Below are positions 10,661-24,764 of a DNA stretch of 64,000 nucleotides, piece after piece (the stretch's first letter is position 1; the number at the start of each line of letters is the position of its first letter). The notes beneath the pieces are model-generated. The model was not told the DNA's origin, ran no database searches, and saw nothing but the letters and a program-made list of their open reading frames with translations. The DNA lies in the NCBI GenBank assembly GCA_950097015.1, contig CATNEN010000024.1, forward strand, positions 4,898,001 to 4,962,000, written 5' to 3'. The DNA comes from Macrostomum hystrix (lineage: Eukaryota > Animalia > Platyhelminthes). A program made the translations under genes and the position numbers.

Positions 10661-12152
10661 ATCATCTGTCTGGATGTAGCTAGATGATCTGTCTGGATGT
10701 GGCTAATGATCTGTCTGGATGTGGCTAATGATCTGTCTGGATGTGGCTAATGATCTGTCTGGATGTGGCTAATGATCTGTCTGGATGTGGCTAGATGATC
10801 TGTCTGGATGTGGCTAGATGATCTCTCTGGATGTGGCTAGATGATCTGTCTGGATGTGGCTAATGATCTGTCTGGATGTGGCTAATGATCTGTCTGGATG
10901 TAGCTAATGATCTGTCTGGATGTGGCTAGATGATCTGTCTGGATGTGGCTAGATGATCTGTCTGGATGTGGCTAGATGATCTGGCTCGATGTGGCTAGAT
11001 GATCTGTCTGGATGTGGCTAATGATCTGTCTGGATGTGGCTAATGATCTGTCTGGATGTAGCTAATGATCTGTCTGGATGTGGCTAATGATCTGTCTGGA
11101 TGTGGCTAATGATCTGTCTGGATGTGGCTAGATGATCTGTCTGGATGTGGCTAATGATCTGTCTGGATGTGGCTAGATGATCTGTCTGGATGTGGCTAGA
11201 TGATCTGTCTGGATGTGGCTAGATGATCTGTCTGGATGTGGCTAGATGATCTGTCTGGATGTGGCTAGATGATCTGTCTGGATGTGGCTAATGATCTGGC
11301 TCGATGTGGCTAGATGATCTGTCTGGATGTGGCTAGATGATCTGTCTGGATGTGGCTAGATGATCTGGCTGGATGTGGCTAGATGATCTGTCTGGATGTG
11401 GCTAATGATCTGTCTGGATGTGGCTAGATGATCTGGCTCGATGTGGCTAGATGATCTGTCTGGATGTGGCTAATGATCTGTCTGGATGTGGCTAGATGAT
11501 CTGTCTGGATGTGGCTAGATGATCTGGCTCGATGTGGCTAGATGATCTGTCTGGATGTAGCTAATGATCTGTCTGGATGTGGCTAGATGATCTGTCTGGA
11601 TGTGGCTGGATGATCTGGCTGGATGTGGCTAATGATCTGTCTGGATGTGGCTAGATGATCTGTCTGGATGTGGCTAATGATCTGTCTGGATGTGGCTAGA
11701 TGATCTGTCTGGATGTGGCTAATGATCTGTCTGGATGTGGCTGGATGATCTGGCTGGATGTGGCTAATGATCTGTCTGGATGTGGCTAGATGATCTGTCT
11801 GGATGTGGCTAGATGATCTGGCTGGATGTGGCTAGATGATCTGTCTGGATGTAGCTAATGATCTGTCTGGATGTGGCTAGATGATCTGTCTGGATGTGGC
11901 TAGATGATCTGTCTGGATGTGGCTAGATGATCTGTCTGGATGTAGCTAATGATCTGTCTGGATGTGGCTAGATGATCTGTCTGGATGTGGCTAATGATCT
12001 GTCTGGATGTGGCTAGATGATCTGTCTGGATGTGGCTAGATGATCTGGCTGGATGTGGCTAGATGATCTGTCTGGATGTGGCTAGATGATCTGGCTGGAT
12101 GTGGCTAGATGGTCTGGCTGGATGATCTCCCTGGATGTGGCTAGATGATCTA
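10657..12152. repeat. Minisatellite, 22/23-nt unit GATGATCTGTCTGGATGTGGCTA(A) (array 2)
   Basis: About 65 units, beginning at the stop codon of the glycosyltransferase. Confidence 0.97.
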
Positions 12153-12537
12153 GTTCAGTAATGAATGGACTTTGTGTATCTAGATTTCTATTTGATTTAG
12201 ATAGAATTTTCTCAATTTTCAAAGACGGAATATTTTTTTACCTTGATCTATCCCTAAAGAAATCTGACATTGTTCAGATACTTTAAACCTTGTAGCAAAC
12301 GAAAATACAAAACTTTCCTTTTCCCCTTATGAGGCATTCTGACTTTTTTGTTATACTTTATTCTAAATGTGTCGCTACAGCCAGTTACTAATTTTTAGTT
12401 GTTTTTTTCTACTGAAAAATACAGCAACACTACTGTTAGTAGATTATGTGATAAAAATCCAAAAAATTTGATTGGAATAAAATGATTTACAGCAGAGTAT
12501 ATTTATCTCGCAAATTACACTTTTAAGAGATAGATTA

Positions 12538-13000
12538 AGACACAGTACAGTACAGACAGGCTGGGTGAGACACAGTACAGTACAGACAGGCTGGGTGAGA
12601 GACAGTACAGACAGGCTGGGTGAGACACAGTACAGACAGGCTGGGTGAGACACAGTACAGACAGGCTGGGTGAGACACAGTACAGACAGGCTGGGTGAGA
12701 CACAGTACAGGCTGGCTGGGTGAGACACAGTACAGACAGGCTGGGTGAGACACAGTACAGGCTGGCTGGGTGAGACACAGTACAGGCTGGCTGGGTGAGA
12801 GACAGTACAGACAGGCTGGGTGAGACACAGTACAGTACAGACAGGCTGGGTGAGACACAGTACAGTACAGACAGGCTGGGTGAGACACAGTACAATACAG
12901 ACAGGCTGGGTGAGAGACAGTACAGACAGGCTGGGTGAGACACAGTACAGACAGGCTGGGTGAGACACAGTACAGACAGGCTGGGTGAGACACAGGACAG
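12538..13000. repeat. Minisatellite, 25/30-nt unit AGACACAGTACAGACAGGCTGGGTG
   Basis: Tandem units. Confidence 0.96.
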
Positions 13001-13962
13001 ACGCATGCGGCAGGCAATAGCACAGCCTGTGTCAGCTGCTGATTGGTTAGTAAGGTTGGCGCCACAGGGGGTCCATGTCAGGTATTCGCAGTGTCTCATT
13101 GGCTAGCGAGAATTGGCTTATAAAGGCTTACCCAGCAATGACTGCCATTCACAGAGGACTCATCCGTCTCCCGGACAGCTCCATTGTGGTCTGTCGTGGA
13201 AAAAAACTTAAGTAAAATTGCAGCGAGCTATTGCATTCATCGGTAAGTTTTTAATGACTTTATTAGTCTTAAAATTGTTATAATCTTTAAGTTATTTTCT
13301 GGCAGACAAAGATTATCTGAATACAATGAAAGCGAAACTGGCTATGCTAATTTAATGTCAATTATCGTTTTTTCGCCAACAAATTATGCACAGACACGTA
13401 TGGAAATGAAGACAAAAAGGCGAGGGTGGAAGTTGTCCTTTCGATTTCCGAATAGCTGAAACGTCTTGGAAATTGCATTCCTCTGTTGCATCTGCGTTGC
13501 TTTGACGAAACGGTGAAGAAACGGAAAAGACAAAATTGATTTCACTCGAGGGTCAAATAGAGGTCTGAAATAGATCCAACAACTGACTTATGAAATAATG
13601 AACCCATGAACTCTTACACTCAGGAAATCATAAAGTGATAAAAATATGTCACATGCAGTACAAAGAATGTGACAAGGAATTAGCTGAGATGCTGTGGTTA
13701 TAAGTAAAATTTAGAAATATTTGCGTCCACCCAGTGAGCCCATGATCTCCAGCAATGGCGTGAGGTGGGTAGAAATTTAGAAGGAGTGAGTCATAGTATA
13801 CGCATCTAGTTTCAGCCAATGAGCGTACAGATATCGAGGCGTGAGGTGGGTCGCACATAATTGCCTTGTGGAGAGTGAACCAATTATTAGAGTAAATAGG
13901 GTTATCGATCCGTCAAAATTCTTGATAAGCGAAATCCACCTATTAATTTTCTCAGCAAAGCT

Positions 13963-15640
13963 ATGAGCCTAAATGGCACACTCGGCGAGACCGGCAGCCA
14001 CTGCGTTACCGTGGCCTACCTGCGCTCACCTGGATTCGCCCTACTTACCGCCAGCCTTGCCCTAATCAATGCCGCAGTTGTCCTCGGCAACATCCTGGTT
14101 GTGCTGGCCGCATGCACTTCCACCAAGCTACAGGGCGCCCTCACCAGCACCTTCGTAGTCAGCCTGGCTGTCAGCGACCTCCTGCTGGGCCTCGGCGTTC
14201 TGCCATTCTCCATCACTCACCAGGTGCTGCTGAAGCACTGGGTCTTCAGCTCCTGGTGGTGCCAGATCTGGCTGGCCCTGGACGTCTGGACCTGCACAGC
14301 CTCCATTCTCAACCTGGTGGTGATCAGCCTGGACCGCTATATTAGCCTGCGGCATCCGCTCAAGTAATTTTATAACTTCTTTGAAGTTTCGAATCCTTAA
14401 ATATTACACGGAAGTTTCACCCCCTGAAGTCTGAAGGCCCAGATTTATCAAACCCATGAAGTTTTCACACTCCTGAAGTTCTGAAGCCTCACACCCCTGA
14501 AGTTTCATACCACTGAAGTTACCCCTGAAGTTTAAAACCCTGTAGTTTTACATTCATGAATTTTATTACCCCTGAAGTTTCACACCCCTGAAGTCTAACA
14601 TCCCCAGGAACTGCTTCCCCATCTGCAGATATCCCAAGCTCATGGACCGGCGGCGGGCCCGCATCCTCGTAACTGCAGTCTGGATCCTGGCCTGCGCCAT
14701 CAGCCTGCCGACGCTGCTGAAGCTGCTACTTCAGACCGACTCATCCGCCGGCTCCACTTTGGCGACTCCGGCCGCCTCTTTAACCATAGACAATTCGGAT
14801 CACGACAGTCCGACGGTGAACGAGTCTGCGCCCGACTGTCTCCGCCTGGGACCAACCTGCACCATCGCAGACAGCACACCAGGCTACATTGTCTACTCAG
14901 CGCTTGGCTCATTCTTTCTACCCTTCCTAGTCATGATCTACTTCTATGCTCACATCTTTGCGGCCGTGCATCGCACTCTCAAAGCTGGACGAAGAGGCGC
15001 CGCCGAGAATGGCCAGTTGAGAATTCATCGAGGAGGAGGCGGCGGTGGCGGCGGCGGCGGCGGCGGCGGTGTCAGGACGGCGTTACTGGCTGGCGGAGAA
15101 GCCAGAATCGGTGGGGACGGTGTCAACAGGGCTGTCGGAGGCGGCGGAGGCGGCGGTGGCGGCATCAGGACGGCGCTTCTACCGTTGCCAGGGGCAGCGG
15201 CCTCAATGCCGAGGCCGGGCTCCTGGACAGCGCTGGCCGGCACGGCTGCCGCGGCGGCCACCAGGCGGGCGGCAGCGCCGTTCTCCTCGGCCGGCCGCTA
15301 TGGTCGAGAACTGAAAGCCGCCCGCATGCTGGCCATCATCTGCGTCACCTTTGTCGGCTGCTGGGCGCCATTCTTCTCCGTGTATTTGTCTGGCGCCGTC
15401 TGCTCCGACTGCGTCTCGGCGTTAGTCTTCGACATCTGCTTCTGGCTGGGCTATGTAAACAGCGCCCTGAATCCGCTGATCTACGCGCTATTCTCAGCTG
15501 ACTATCGACGTGCCTTCAAGACGCTGATTCTGCGCCGTCGTCGGCGCCAGTATGACACCATCGGTACGCTGGCCAGGCGCGGACTGCACGGCATGGGTGC
15601 TCTGGCAGGAGCCCGAGGTCAGCTGTCGCAGCAAGCCTGA
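13963..15640 (+). CDS. Oamb: Alpha-adrenergic-like octopamine receptor (class A aminergic GPCR), 2 exons: 13963-14363 and 14629-15640; 470 aa
   Basis: Seven TM segments; TM3 WLALDVWTCTASILNLVVISLDRY (amine-binding Asp and DRY); GYIVYSALGSFFLP; CWAPFF; FWLGYVNSALNPLIYALFS. The phase-2 intron gtaatt...ctgcag joins HPLK-YPKL. Octopamine versus other amine specificity is inferred from recalled similarity to OAMB. Confidence 0.9.
14405..14600. repeat. Degenerate intronic repeat (CACCCCTGAAGTTT core)
   Basis: About 9 imperfect copies inside the GPCR intron. Confidence 0.8.
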
Positions 15641-15677
15641 TGGAATCGCCGTGGCTTTTTATTCAGTCTGGTCATGG

Positions 15678-16100
15678 AGTTTCCCTTCCCAAGGTCAATT
15701 GAGGCTGGATTTCCCTTCCTTAAGGTAAATTGAGGCTGGATTTCCCTTCCTCAAGGTCAATTGTGGCTGGATTCCCCTTCTCAAGGCCAATTGAGGCTGG
15801 ATTTCCCTTCCCCAGGTCAATTGAGGCTGGATTTCCCTTCCTCAAGGTCAATTGAGGCTGGATTTCCCTTCCTCAAGGTCAATTGAGGCTGGATTTCCCT
15901 TCCTCAAGGTCAATTGAGGCTGGATTTCCCTTCCTCAAGGTCAATTGAGGCTGGATTTCCCTTCCCAAGGCCAACTAAGGCTGGATTTCCCTTCCTCAAG
16001 GTCAATTGAGGCTTGATTTCCCTTCCCCAGGTCAATTGAGGCTTGATTTCCCTTCCCCAAGGTCAATTGAGGCTGGGTTTCCCTTCCCCAAGGTCAATTT
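15678..16100. repeat. Minisatellite, ~31-nt unit GGTCAATTGAGGCTGGATTTCCCTTCCTCAA
   Basis: About 13 units starting ~40 nt after the GPCR stop. Confidence 0.95.
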
Positions 16101-17444
16101 TCCTTCTTAGGAACAATTGGGGTTGGATTTCCGTTTCGTTTGGTTAGGCTCGCCATCCCAATAGGAAAATATTCTCTTCCCAATGTTGGCTAAGCTAAGC
16201 TTCTGAATTTCATGACAGACTCCATTCTGTTCTGAAAAGGTTAGCATATAAAAAATAAAATCTGTAAACGAATACGGATACTCAAATTCTCATGTAAAAT
16301 AGTAGTTGTTTTTATTAGAATGGGCATTTTAAAAACAAAAAACTGAACATATATTTTGTGTCCATTTTGTCAATTTGCCGCACCAGATTCTAATAGTAAA
16401 TACTTTTTGATTGCTGGCAATCAATCTTAATAGTTACATTGTGACTTTCTGACTTATTTTATTTACTCAATACTATTACTCGTATTTGTTTCGATGGTGA
16501 TTGGTTAGAACCAGCTTAATAACTCCCTTGCTCTCTGTTTTCTATAACCCACCCACTCGCCCACCTCACACCCTGTCCGAAGCCTGATATACGCCCCACC
16601 CCACTCCCCGGTCTGATTTGATTGGCCGAAGCGGTATTCCTTATCTCTTGCTAGCTCGTATAAGTTCTAATACCGTAGAACTTCATTCTACTGACAAAAC
16701 GCCCATCTCTCTTAATACGAATTCGAAAAGAAAAACGAAAAAAAACTGCAAGTTAAACGGTTTAGTGCTCAGATGCAAGAAATTGCACTATTGCAATGTT
16801 TGACCAATCTATCTTTAGCCCTCTATTTCCTCTCCATATTCTTCTTTCGTTGATTAAATATTCTGTCCAGTCCTGGAGCAGCCATGCAGGCACACTTGCA
16901 GAACAGACAGAGATAGCTGAATGGGTCAGGAAAAGGCTTCCACTGAAATAAGATATCATTGAAATGGGAAGACTTGGCAAGTCGCTTACTTTTTTGTGTG
17001 CCACCCCCCGTTCCCGGATGGAGGATCCGAGGCATACAGTGATTCCTTGTCTGGGCGCAGATAGATTGCATCCCGTTGAGCTGGCTGCTTGTTTGACAGT
17101 GCTTGATCTCCGCACTGTAGTTAGGGGGCCCAGACGATCGCTTGCTGTGAGACTAGCTTGCGGTTGATGTATAGTCGGTCTAATTTCTCAAACTTTCCGC
17201 CAACATTCTGCTACTTCCCCCATTTTCTCCTTGCTCAATCTTGCTCACAGATGTTCCTCCTTCACTGAGCAGTATTGTCCAGTCTCTTCTCCAAATATCA
17301 TTGTGATGCTCTCCCTATCTCTCTTCATCAAAAACCTCCCACTCTACGTACTCTTAACTCCACCTCACTTTCACTCTCACTGCCTCGTTTCTCCCCTCTC
17401 TTAAAGTTTATCTCATACTTCAAACCTCACCCCGATCTCTCTAG

Positions 17445-18755
17445 CGATCTCACCCTGCTTCTCACTTCCTCTCTTCATCAATCTCTCCCTGCTTCTCACT
17501 TCCTCTCTTCATCAATCTCTCCCTGCTTCTCACTTCCTCTCTCCATCCATCTCTCCCTGCTTCTCACTTTCTCTCTCCATCAATCTCCCCCGCTTCTCAC
17601 TTTCTCTCTCCATCAATCTCTCCCTGCTTCTCACTTCCTCTCTCCATCCATCTCTCCCTGCTTCTCACTTTCTCTCTCCATCAATCTCTCCCCGCTTCTC
17701 ACTTTCTCTCTCCATCAATCTCTCCCCGCTTCTCACTCCATCTCTCCATCCATCTCTCCCTGCTTCTCACTCCCTATCTCCATCAATCCCTCCCTGCTTC
17801 TCACTCCCTATCTTCATCAATCTTTCCCTACTTCTCACTCCTAATCTCCATCCATCTCTCCCTGCTTCCCACTCCCTATCTTCATCAATCTCTCCCTACT
17901 TCTCACTCCCTATCTTCATCAATCCCTCCCTGCTTCTCACTCCCTATCTCCATCAATCCCTCCCTGCTTCTCACTCCCTATCTCCATCAATCTTTCCCTA
18001 CTTCTCACTCCCTATCTTCATCAATCCCTCCCTGCTTCTCACTCCCTATCTCCATCAATCCCTCCCTGCTTCTCACTCCCTATCTTCATCAATCTTTCCC
18101 TACTTCTCACTCCTAATCTCCATCCATCTCTCCCTGCTTCTCACTCCCTATCTCCATCAATCTCTCCCTGCTTCTCACTCCTTATCTCCATCCATCTCTC
18201 CCTGCTTCTCACTCCCTATCTTCATCAATCTCTCCCTACTTCTCACTCCTAATCTCCATCCATCTCTCCCTGCTTCTCACTCCTTATCTCCATCCATCTC
18301 TCCCTGCTTCTCACTCCCTATCTTCATTAATCTCTCCCTACTTCTCACTCCTTATCTCCATCCATCTCTCCCTGCTTCTCACTCCTTATCTCCATCCATC
18401 TCTCCCTGCTTCTCACTCCCTATCTTCATCAATCTCTCCCTACTTCTCACTCCTAATCTCCATCCATCTCTCCCTGCTTCTCACTCCCTATCTCCATCAA
18501 TCCCTCCCTGCTTCTCACTCCCTATCTTCATCAATCTCTCCCTACTTCTCACTCCTAATCTCCATCCATCTCTCCCTGCTTCTCACTCCCTATCTTCATC
18601 AATCTCTCCCTACTTCTCACTCCTAATCTCCATCCATCTCTCCCTGCTTCTCACTCCCTATCTCCATCAATCCCTCCCTGCTTCTCACTCCCTATCTTCA
18701 TCAATCTCTCCCTACTTCTCACTCCTAATCTCCATCCATCTCTCCCGGCTTCTCA
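17445..18755. repeat. Pyrimidine-rich minisatellite, ~34-nt unit CTTCTCACTCCCTATCTCCATCAATCTCTCCCTG
   Basis: About 38 units. Confidence 0.96.
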
Positions 18756-19431
18756 CCTCGCTCTATCCAAATGTTTCACCCAATCGCACAGAGATATATC
18801 ATTGCAAAAATAAGTTTTCCTCTCTGGGAAAAGAAAAACAAAGCGGCACTGCAAATTAAGCGTGAGCTGTCTCTCAGATCCCGCTTTCCATCTGATTGCC
18901 TAATTTAGTTAAAAAAAACACGACTGAACCGAAAGAAAAATAGGCAGCGAAATCTAATCAGAAGACGCATCTTCTCTCTCTGCCCAACCTGAGCGAATAT
19001 GAAAAAGGGAGTCCCTGATTGGCAATAGAATTCAATTTCATAGCAACAAGTAAGAACTTAAAAGCGAACAAGAAATTAAAGCCACGAATACTGAATGACA
19101 TTTAACAAAAATATCAACGCTGAATTTCCTTGTATCCCTTTCGAGCCGCATTCAGCTGGCCCGAATGGCGAACTAATTCACTTTGGCGACTCGCCAAATT
19201 GGACCCGACCGTCCAGGCGTGACTTTTGGCTATGACCAGTTCTCAAGGACTGAACATGAGCTCATACTCCAGGGATTCCTTCCGGGGATGCGGTTGGCAC
19301 AAGTATAAATTGCATCCTCTCCTTTGAGCAACACATTGAGCATTTGTGACCAGTTATTCCTTCATGTGTGCGATCAGCGAACCGACTAAAAAACTGCGAA
19401 ACCATGGCAAGAAGGAAATTTGTAAAACCTC

Positions 19432-19566
19432 CATGGTGTCTGTCCTTGGTGTCTGTCCTTGGTGTCTGTCCTTGGTGTCTGTCCTTGGTGTCTGTCCTTG
19501 GTGTCTGTCCTTGGTGTCTGTCCTTGGTGTCTGTCCTTGGTGTCTGTCCTTGGTGTCTGTCCTTGG

Positions 19567-19655
<89 letters not shown>

Positions 19656-19664
19656 GTCTGTCTA

Positions 19665-19743
<79 letters not shown>

Positions 19744-19752
19744 GTCTGTCTA

Positions 19753-19843
<91 letters not shown>

Positions 19844-19852
19844 GTCTGTCTA

Positions 19853-19913
<61 letters not shown>
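19432..19913. repeat. 13-mer GGTGTCTGTCCTT array grading into a (TCTG)n microsatellite
   Basis: 13-mers from about 19432 to 19570, then (TCTG)n with TCTA interruptions. Confidence 0.97.
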
Positions 19914-19914
<1 letters not shown>

Positions 19915-20577
19915 CTGAAGATCCACTCGAGCTATTTCATCAAAGGCTGGGACATGGCTGGTGGCTGGGCTCAGGGAAAGTTGACCGTTCGCTCGTCAGG
20001 CTCAAAAGTAGATAGGATGAATGAGATGAGGAGAAATATTCCCTTGGGAAGATGAATCTAGTGCGCTGTAGGCTGTGGGGGCGCCGTAATTTAGTTGGCC
20101 TCAATCAGGTCCCTAACCCCGCCCCCGCAACCCCCTCCCAGATTCTTCAGAGCTGCCCGCTTCAAGTCGGGCCGGCGATTCCTCCTTTCCTAGAAATCGC
20201 ATTTCTTCCCATTTCCCCTCCCGTGCGCAGCTCCCATCCATGGCAGCGCTGCCTGCTCGTTTGACATCACAATCCCCCTAGCAAGGTTGTAGAGATGGGA
20301 TTTCAGCCATGCGGAGGGTATCAACCTGACGCTGGGAGGCCAATTAAAAGAACTTTTTTAACACGGACTAACACGGCCCGAATTGGTTGGCCAAAGACAG
20401 TTGCGATTCAATTGGCAATCAGGGGGGGGCGGGCGGGCGTTCTTGGGCTCGAATTGTAACTCGATTTCATAATCTATTTTCGAGCGGCAGCTATCGTTCG
20501 CAGTCCACGTTCTCGGAATTTTAATGATCGAGGCTCGCCCCCATTGACTATCCTGAGGCAATTCGCGCACCTCCCAA

Positions 20578-22160
20578 GCTGAGAGACACCTCCCTAGTCC
20601 ATCAGAGACACCTTCCTAGTCCATCAGAGACACCTCCCTAGTCCATCAGAGACACCTCCCTAGTCCATCAGAGACACCTCCCTAGTTCATCAGAGACACC
20701 TCCCTAGTCCATCTGAGACACCTCCCTAGTCCATCAGAGACACCTCCCTAGTCCATCAGAGACACCTTTCTAGTCCATCTGAGACACCTCCCTAGTCCAT
20801 CTGAGACACCTCCCTAGTCCATCTGAGACACCTCCCTAGTCCATCTGAGACACCTCCCTAGTCCATTTGAGACACCTCCCTAGTCCATCAGAGACACCTC
20901 CCTAGTCCATTTGAGACACCTCCCTAGTCCATCAGAGACACCTCCCTAGTCCATTTGAGACACCTCCCTAGTCCATCAGAGACACCTCCCTAGTCCATCT
21001 GAGACACCTCCCTAGTCCATTTGAGACACCTCCCTAGTCCATTAGAGACACCTCCCTAGTCCATTAGAGACACCTCCCTAGTCCATTAGAGACACCTCCC
21101 TAGTCCATCAGAGACACCTCCCTAGTCCATTTGAGACACCTCCCTAGTCCATCAGAGACACCTCCCTAGTCCATCTGAGACACCTCCCTAGTCCATTAGA
21201 GACACCTCCCTAGTCCATCAGAGACACCTCCCTAGTCCATCAGAGATATCTCCCTAGTCCATCTGAGACACCTCCCTAGTCCATCAGAGACACCTCCCTA
21301 GTCCATCAGAGATATCTCCCTAGTCCATCTGAGACACCTCCCTAGTTCATCAGAGACACCTCCCTAGTTCATCTGAGAGACACCTCCCTAGTCCATCAGA
21401 GACACCTCCCTAGTCCATCAGAGACACCTCCCTAGTCCATCAGAGACACCTCCCTAGTCCATCTGAGACACCTCCCTAGTCCATCAGAGATATCTCCCTA
21501 GTTCATCAGAGACACCTCCCTAGTTCATCTGAGAGACACCTCCCTAGTCCATCAGAGACACCTCCCTAGTCCATCTGAGAGACACCTCCCTAGTTCATCA
21601 GAGACACCTCCCTAGTCCATCTGAGAGACACCTCCCTAGTCCATCTGAGACACCTCCCTAGTCCATCAGAGACACCTCCCTAGTCCATCAGAGACACCTC
21701 CCTAGTCCATCTGAGATATCTCCTTAGTCCATCTGAGACGCCTCCCTAGTTCATCTGAGAGACACCTCCCTAGTCCATCAGAGACACCTCCCTAGTCCAT
21801 CTGAGAGACACCTCCCTAGTTCATCAGAGACACCTCCCTAGTCCATCTGAGAGACACCTCCCTAGTCCATCTGAGACACCTCCCTAGTCCATCAGAGACA
21901 CCTCCCTAGTCCATCAGAGACACTTCCCTAGTCCATCTGAGATATCTCCCTAGTTCATCAGAGACGCCTCCCTAGTCCATCTGAGAGACACCTCCCTAGT
22001 CCATCAGAGACACCTCCCTAGTCCATCTGAGATATCTCCCTAGTTCATCAGAGACGCCTCCCTAGTCCATCTGAGAGACACCTCCCTAGTCCATCAGAGA
22101 CACCTCCCTAGTCCATCTGAGAGACACCTCCCTAGTTCATCAGAGACACCCCCCTAGCCC
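20578..22160. repeat. Minisatellite, 22-nt unit GAGACACCTCCCTAGTCCATCA
   Basis: About 70 units. Confidence 0.97.
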
Positions 22161-22751
22161 ATCATAGGCCCACCCAAAAGCGAGTCTAGTTTTTTTTAGT
22201 CTAACATTTTTCTCAGTACATTGTGGAGTGCAAATCGAATAAGTTCCGCTTTTAGAGTGACCTCGGAACGATGGGATAATAGCTAGTTGGAGAACTTTAG
22301 GGGAACTGCCCTGTGATTGAATTGTCAGCTTAATCAAAGCTAGGAACCCCATAATGCCGCACCCGGCACTTGCCGCCTCCCCATTTATCCTAACAGCTTC
22401 TAGAGCTGGTAAGTCTGTTCTCTTTTGCTTGTTCCGAAAAAATGTCCACGCGGCCAATGGGCAAGTCTGGGACGATTTTTTACTAGTCGTTCGCATAGCA
22501 ACTATCTTTGCTGTCATTTTCATTCGCATTAACTATGGCTAGCCGATTTGCAAGCATGAAAAAATTTTAATCGCTTATTAGTGCCAGCTCAGAAGTAGGT
22601 ACTTTTGCAAAACCATTCAGGTGTGACAAGCACACAATTTTCCCCGTTTTTTGTTTTTGGCTAACACGGTTTGCTGAACTCTAGTTTAGCTTTTTGTTTA
22701 CAATCCAATGCGCGTGCAGTGCTAAGTTTCCTAGAAAACCTCAACGCAATC

Positions 22752-24300
22752 GCTGGACTAGCAATCCAATCTCTATGAACTTATAATCCAATCTCTAGAC
22801 TAGCAATCCAATCGCTAGACTAGCAATCCATTCTCTATGAACTTATAATCCAATCGCTAGACTAGCAATCCATTGTCTATGAACTTATAATCCAATCGCT
22901 AGACTAGCAATCCAATCTCTAGACTAGCAATCCAATCTCTATGAACTTATAATCCAATCGCTAGACTAGCAATCCAATCTCTATGAACTTATAATCCAAT
23001 CGCTAGACTAGCAATCCAATCTCTATGAACTTATAATCCAATAGCTAGACTAGCAATCCATTGTCTATGAACTTATAATCCAATCGCTAGACTAGCAATC
23101 CAATCTCTAGACTATCAATCCAATCTCTAGACTAGCAATCCAATCTATAGACCAGCAATCCAATCTCTAGACTAGCAATCCAATCTCTAGACTAGCAATC
23201 CAATCTCTAGACTAGCAATCCAATCTCTAGACTAGCAACCCATTCTCTAGACTAGCAATCCAATCTCTAGACTAGCAATCCAATCTCTATGAACTTATAA
23301 TCCAATCGCTAGACTAGCAATCCAATCTCTATGAACTTATAATCCAATCGCTAGACTAGCAATCCAATCTCTATGAACTAATCCAATCGCTAGACTAGCA
23401 ATCCATTGTCTATGAACTTATAATCCAATCGCTAGACTAGCAATCCATTCTCTATGAACTTATAATCCAATCTCTAGACTAGCAATCCAATCGCTAGACT
23501 AGCAATCTATTCTCTATGAACTTATAATCCAATCGCTAGACTAGCAATCCATTGTCTATGAACTTATAATCCAATCGCTAGACTAGCAATCCAATCTCTA
23601 TGAACTTATAATTCAATCGCTAGACTAGCAATCCATTGTCTATGAACTTATAATCCAATCGCTAGACTAGCAATCCAATCTCTAGACTAGCAATCCAATC
23701 TTTATGAACTTATAATCCAATCGCTAGACTAGCAATCCAATCTCTATGAACTTATAATCCAATCGCTAGACTAGCAATCCAATCTCTATGAACTTATAAT
23801 CCAATCGCTAGACTAGCAATCCATTGTCTATGAACTTATAATCCAATCGCTAGACTAGCAATCCAATCTCTAGACTATCAATCCAATCTCTAGACTAGCA
23901 ATCCAATCTATAGACCAGCAATCCAATCTCTAGACTAGCAATCCAATCTATAGACCAGCAATCCAATCTCTAGACTAGCAATCCAATCTCTAGACTAGCA
24001 ATCCAATCTCTAGACTAGCAATCCAATCTCTAGACTAGCAACCCATTCTCTAGACTAGCAATCCAATCTCTAGACTAGCAATCCAATCTCTAGACTAGCA
24101 ATCCAATCTCTAGACTAGCAATCCAATCTCTAGACTAGCAATCCAATCTCTAGACTAGCAATCCAATCTCTAGACTAGCAATCCAATCTCTAGACTAGCA
24201 ATCCAATCTCTAGACTAGCAATCCAATCTCTAGACTAGCAATTCAATCTCTAGACTAGCAATCCAATCTCTAGACTAGCAATCCAATCTCTAGACCAGCA
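22752..24300. repeat. Compound minisatellite: 20-mer GACTAGCAATCCAATCTCTA interleaved with 22-mer TGAACTTATAATCCAATCGCTA
   Basis: Alternating 42-nt dimers and pure 20-mer runs. Confidence 0.96.
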
Positions 24301-24764
24301 ATATTTATTCATCAATTTCTGATCTGTAAAGCTAGCCCTTGCAGGCCTGTATGTTGGGCACCTGGTTCCTTGCTTGCTGATTTCTGTCTCTCCCCCACTC
24401 ACTTTCGCACAATTTTTTTGTCTCGTCAATGGCCTAATTAACACGATCGATGGGTAGGGGGTAGGGCAGGCGTGGTTTTTTATAGTCTGTAAACCATTGG
24501 GCTAAGGTATATTATGATATGTCTATTGCGTTCGTGTAGTACGCGATGAAAATCCTGGGCTTTTGGAATCCGGAGGGAATGCTGGATGCGAGCGAGGAAG
24601 GGGGGCAGGAAGGATACATAAGCTAATAAACTGACGCTTGCTAATGGGAACAGGGAACTGTAAGCTGTCAGGTTGCATTACTGATATGAGAGATTTCCGC
24701 GTCTGAACTGCCGCTGCTGCTTCTGCCGCACGCTCGCGAAATACCAATAGGGAGTCAGGAGCAT

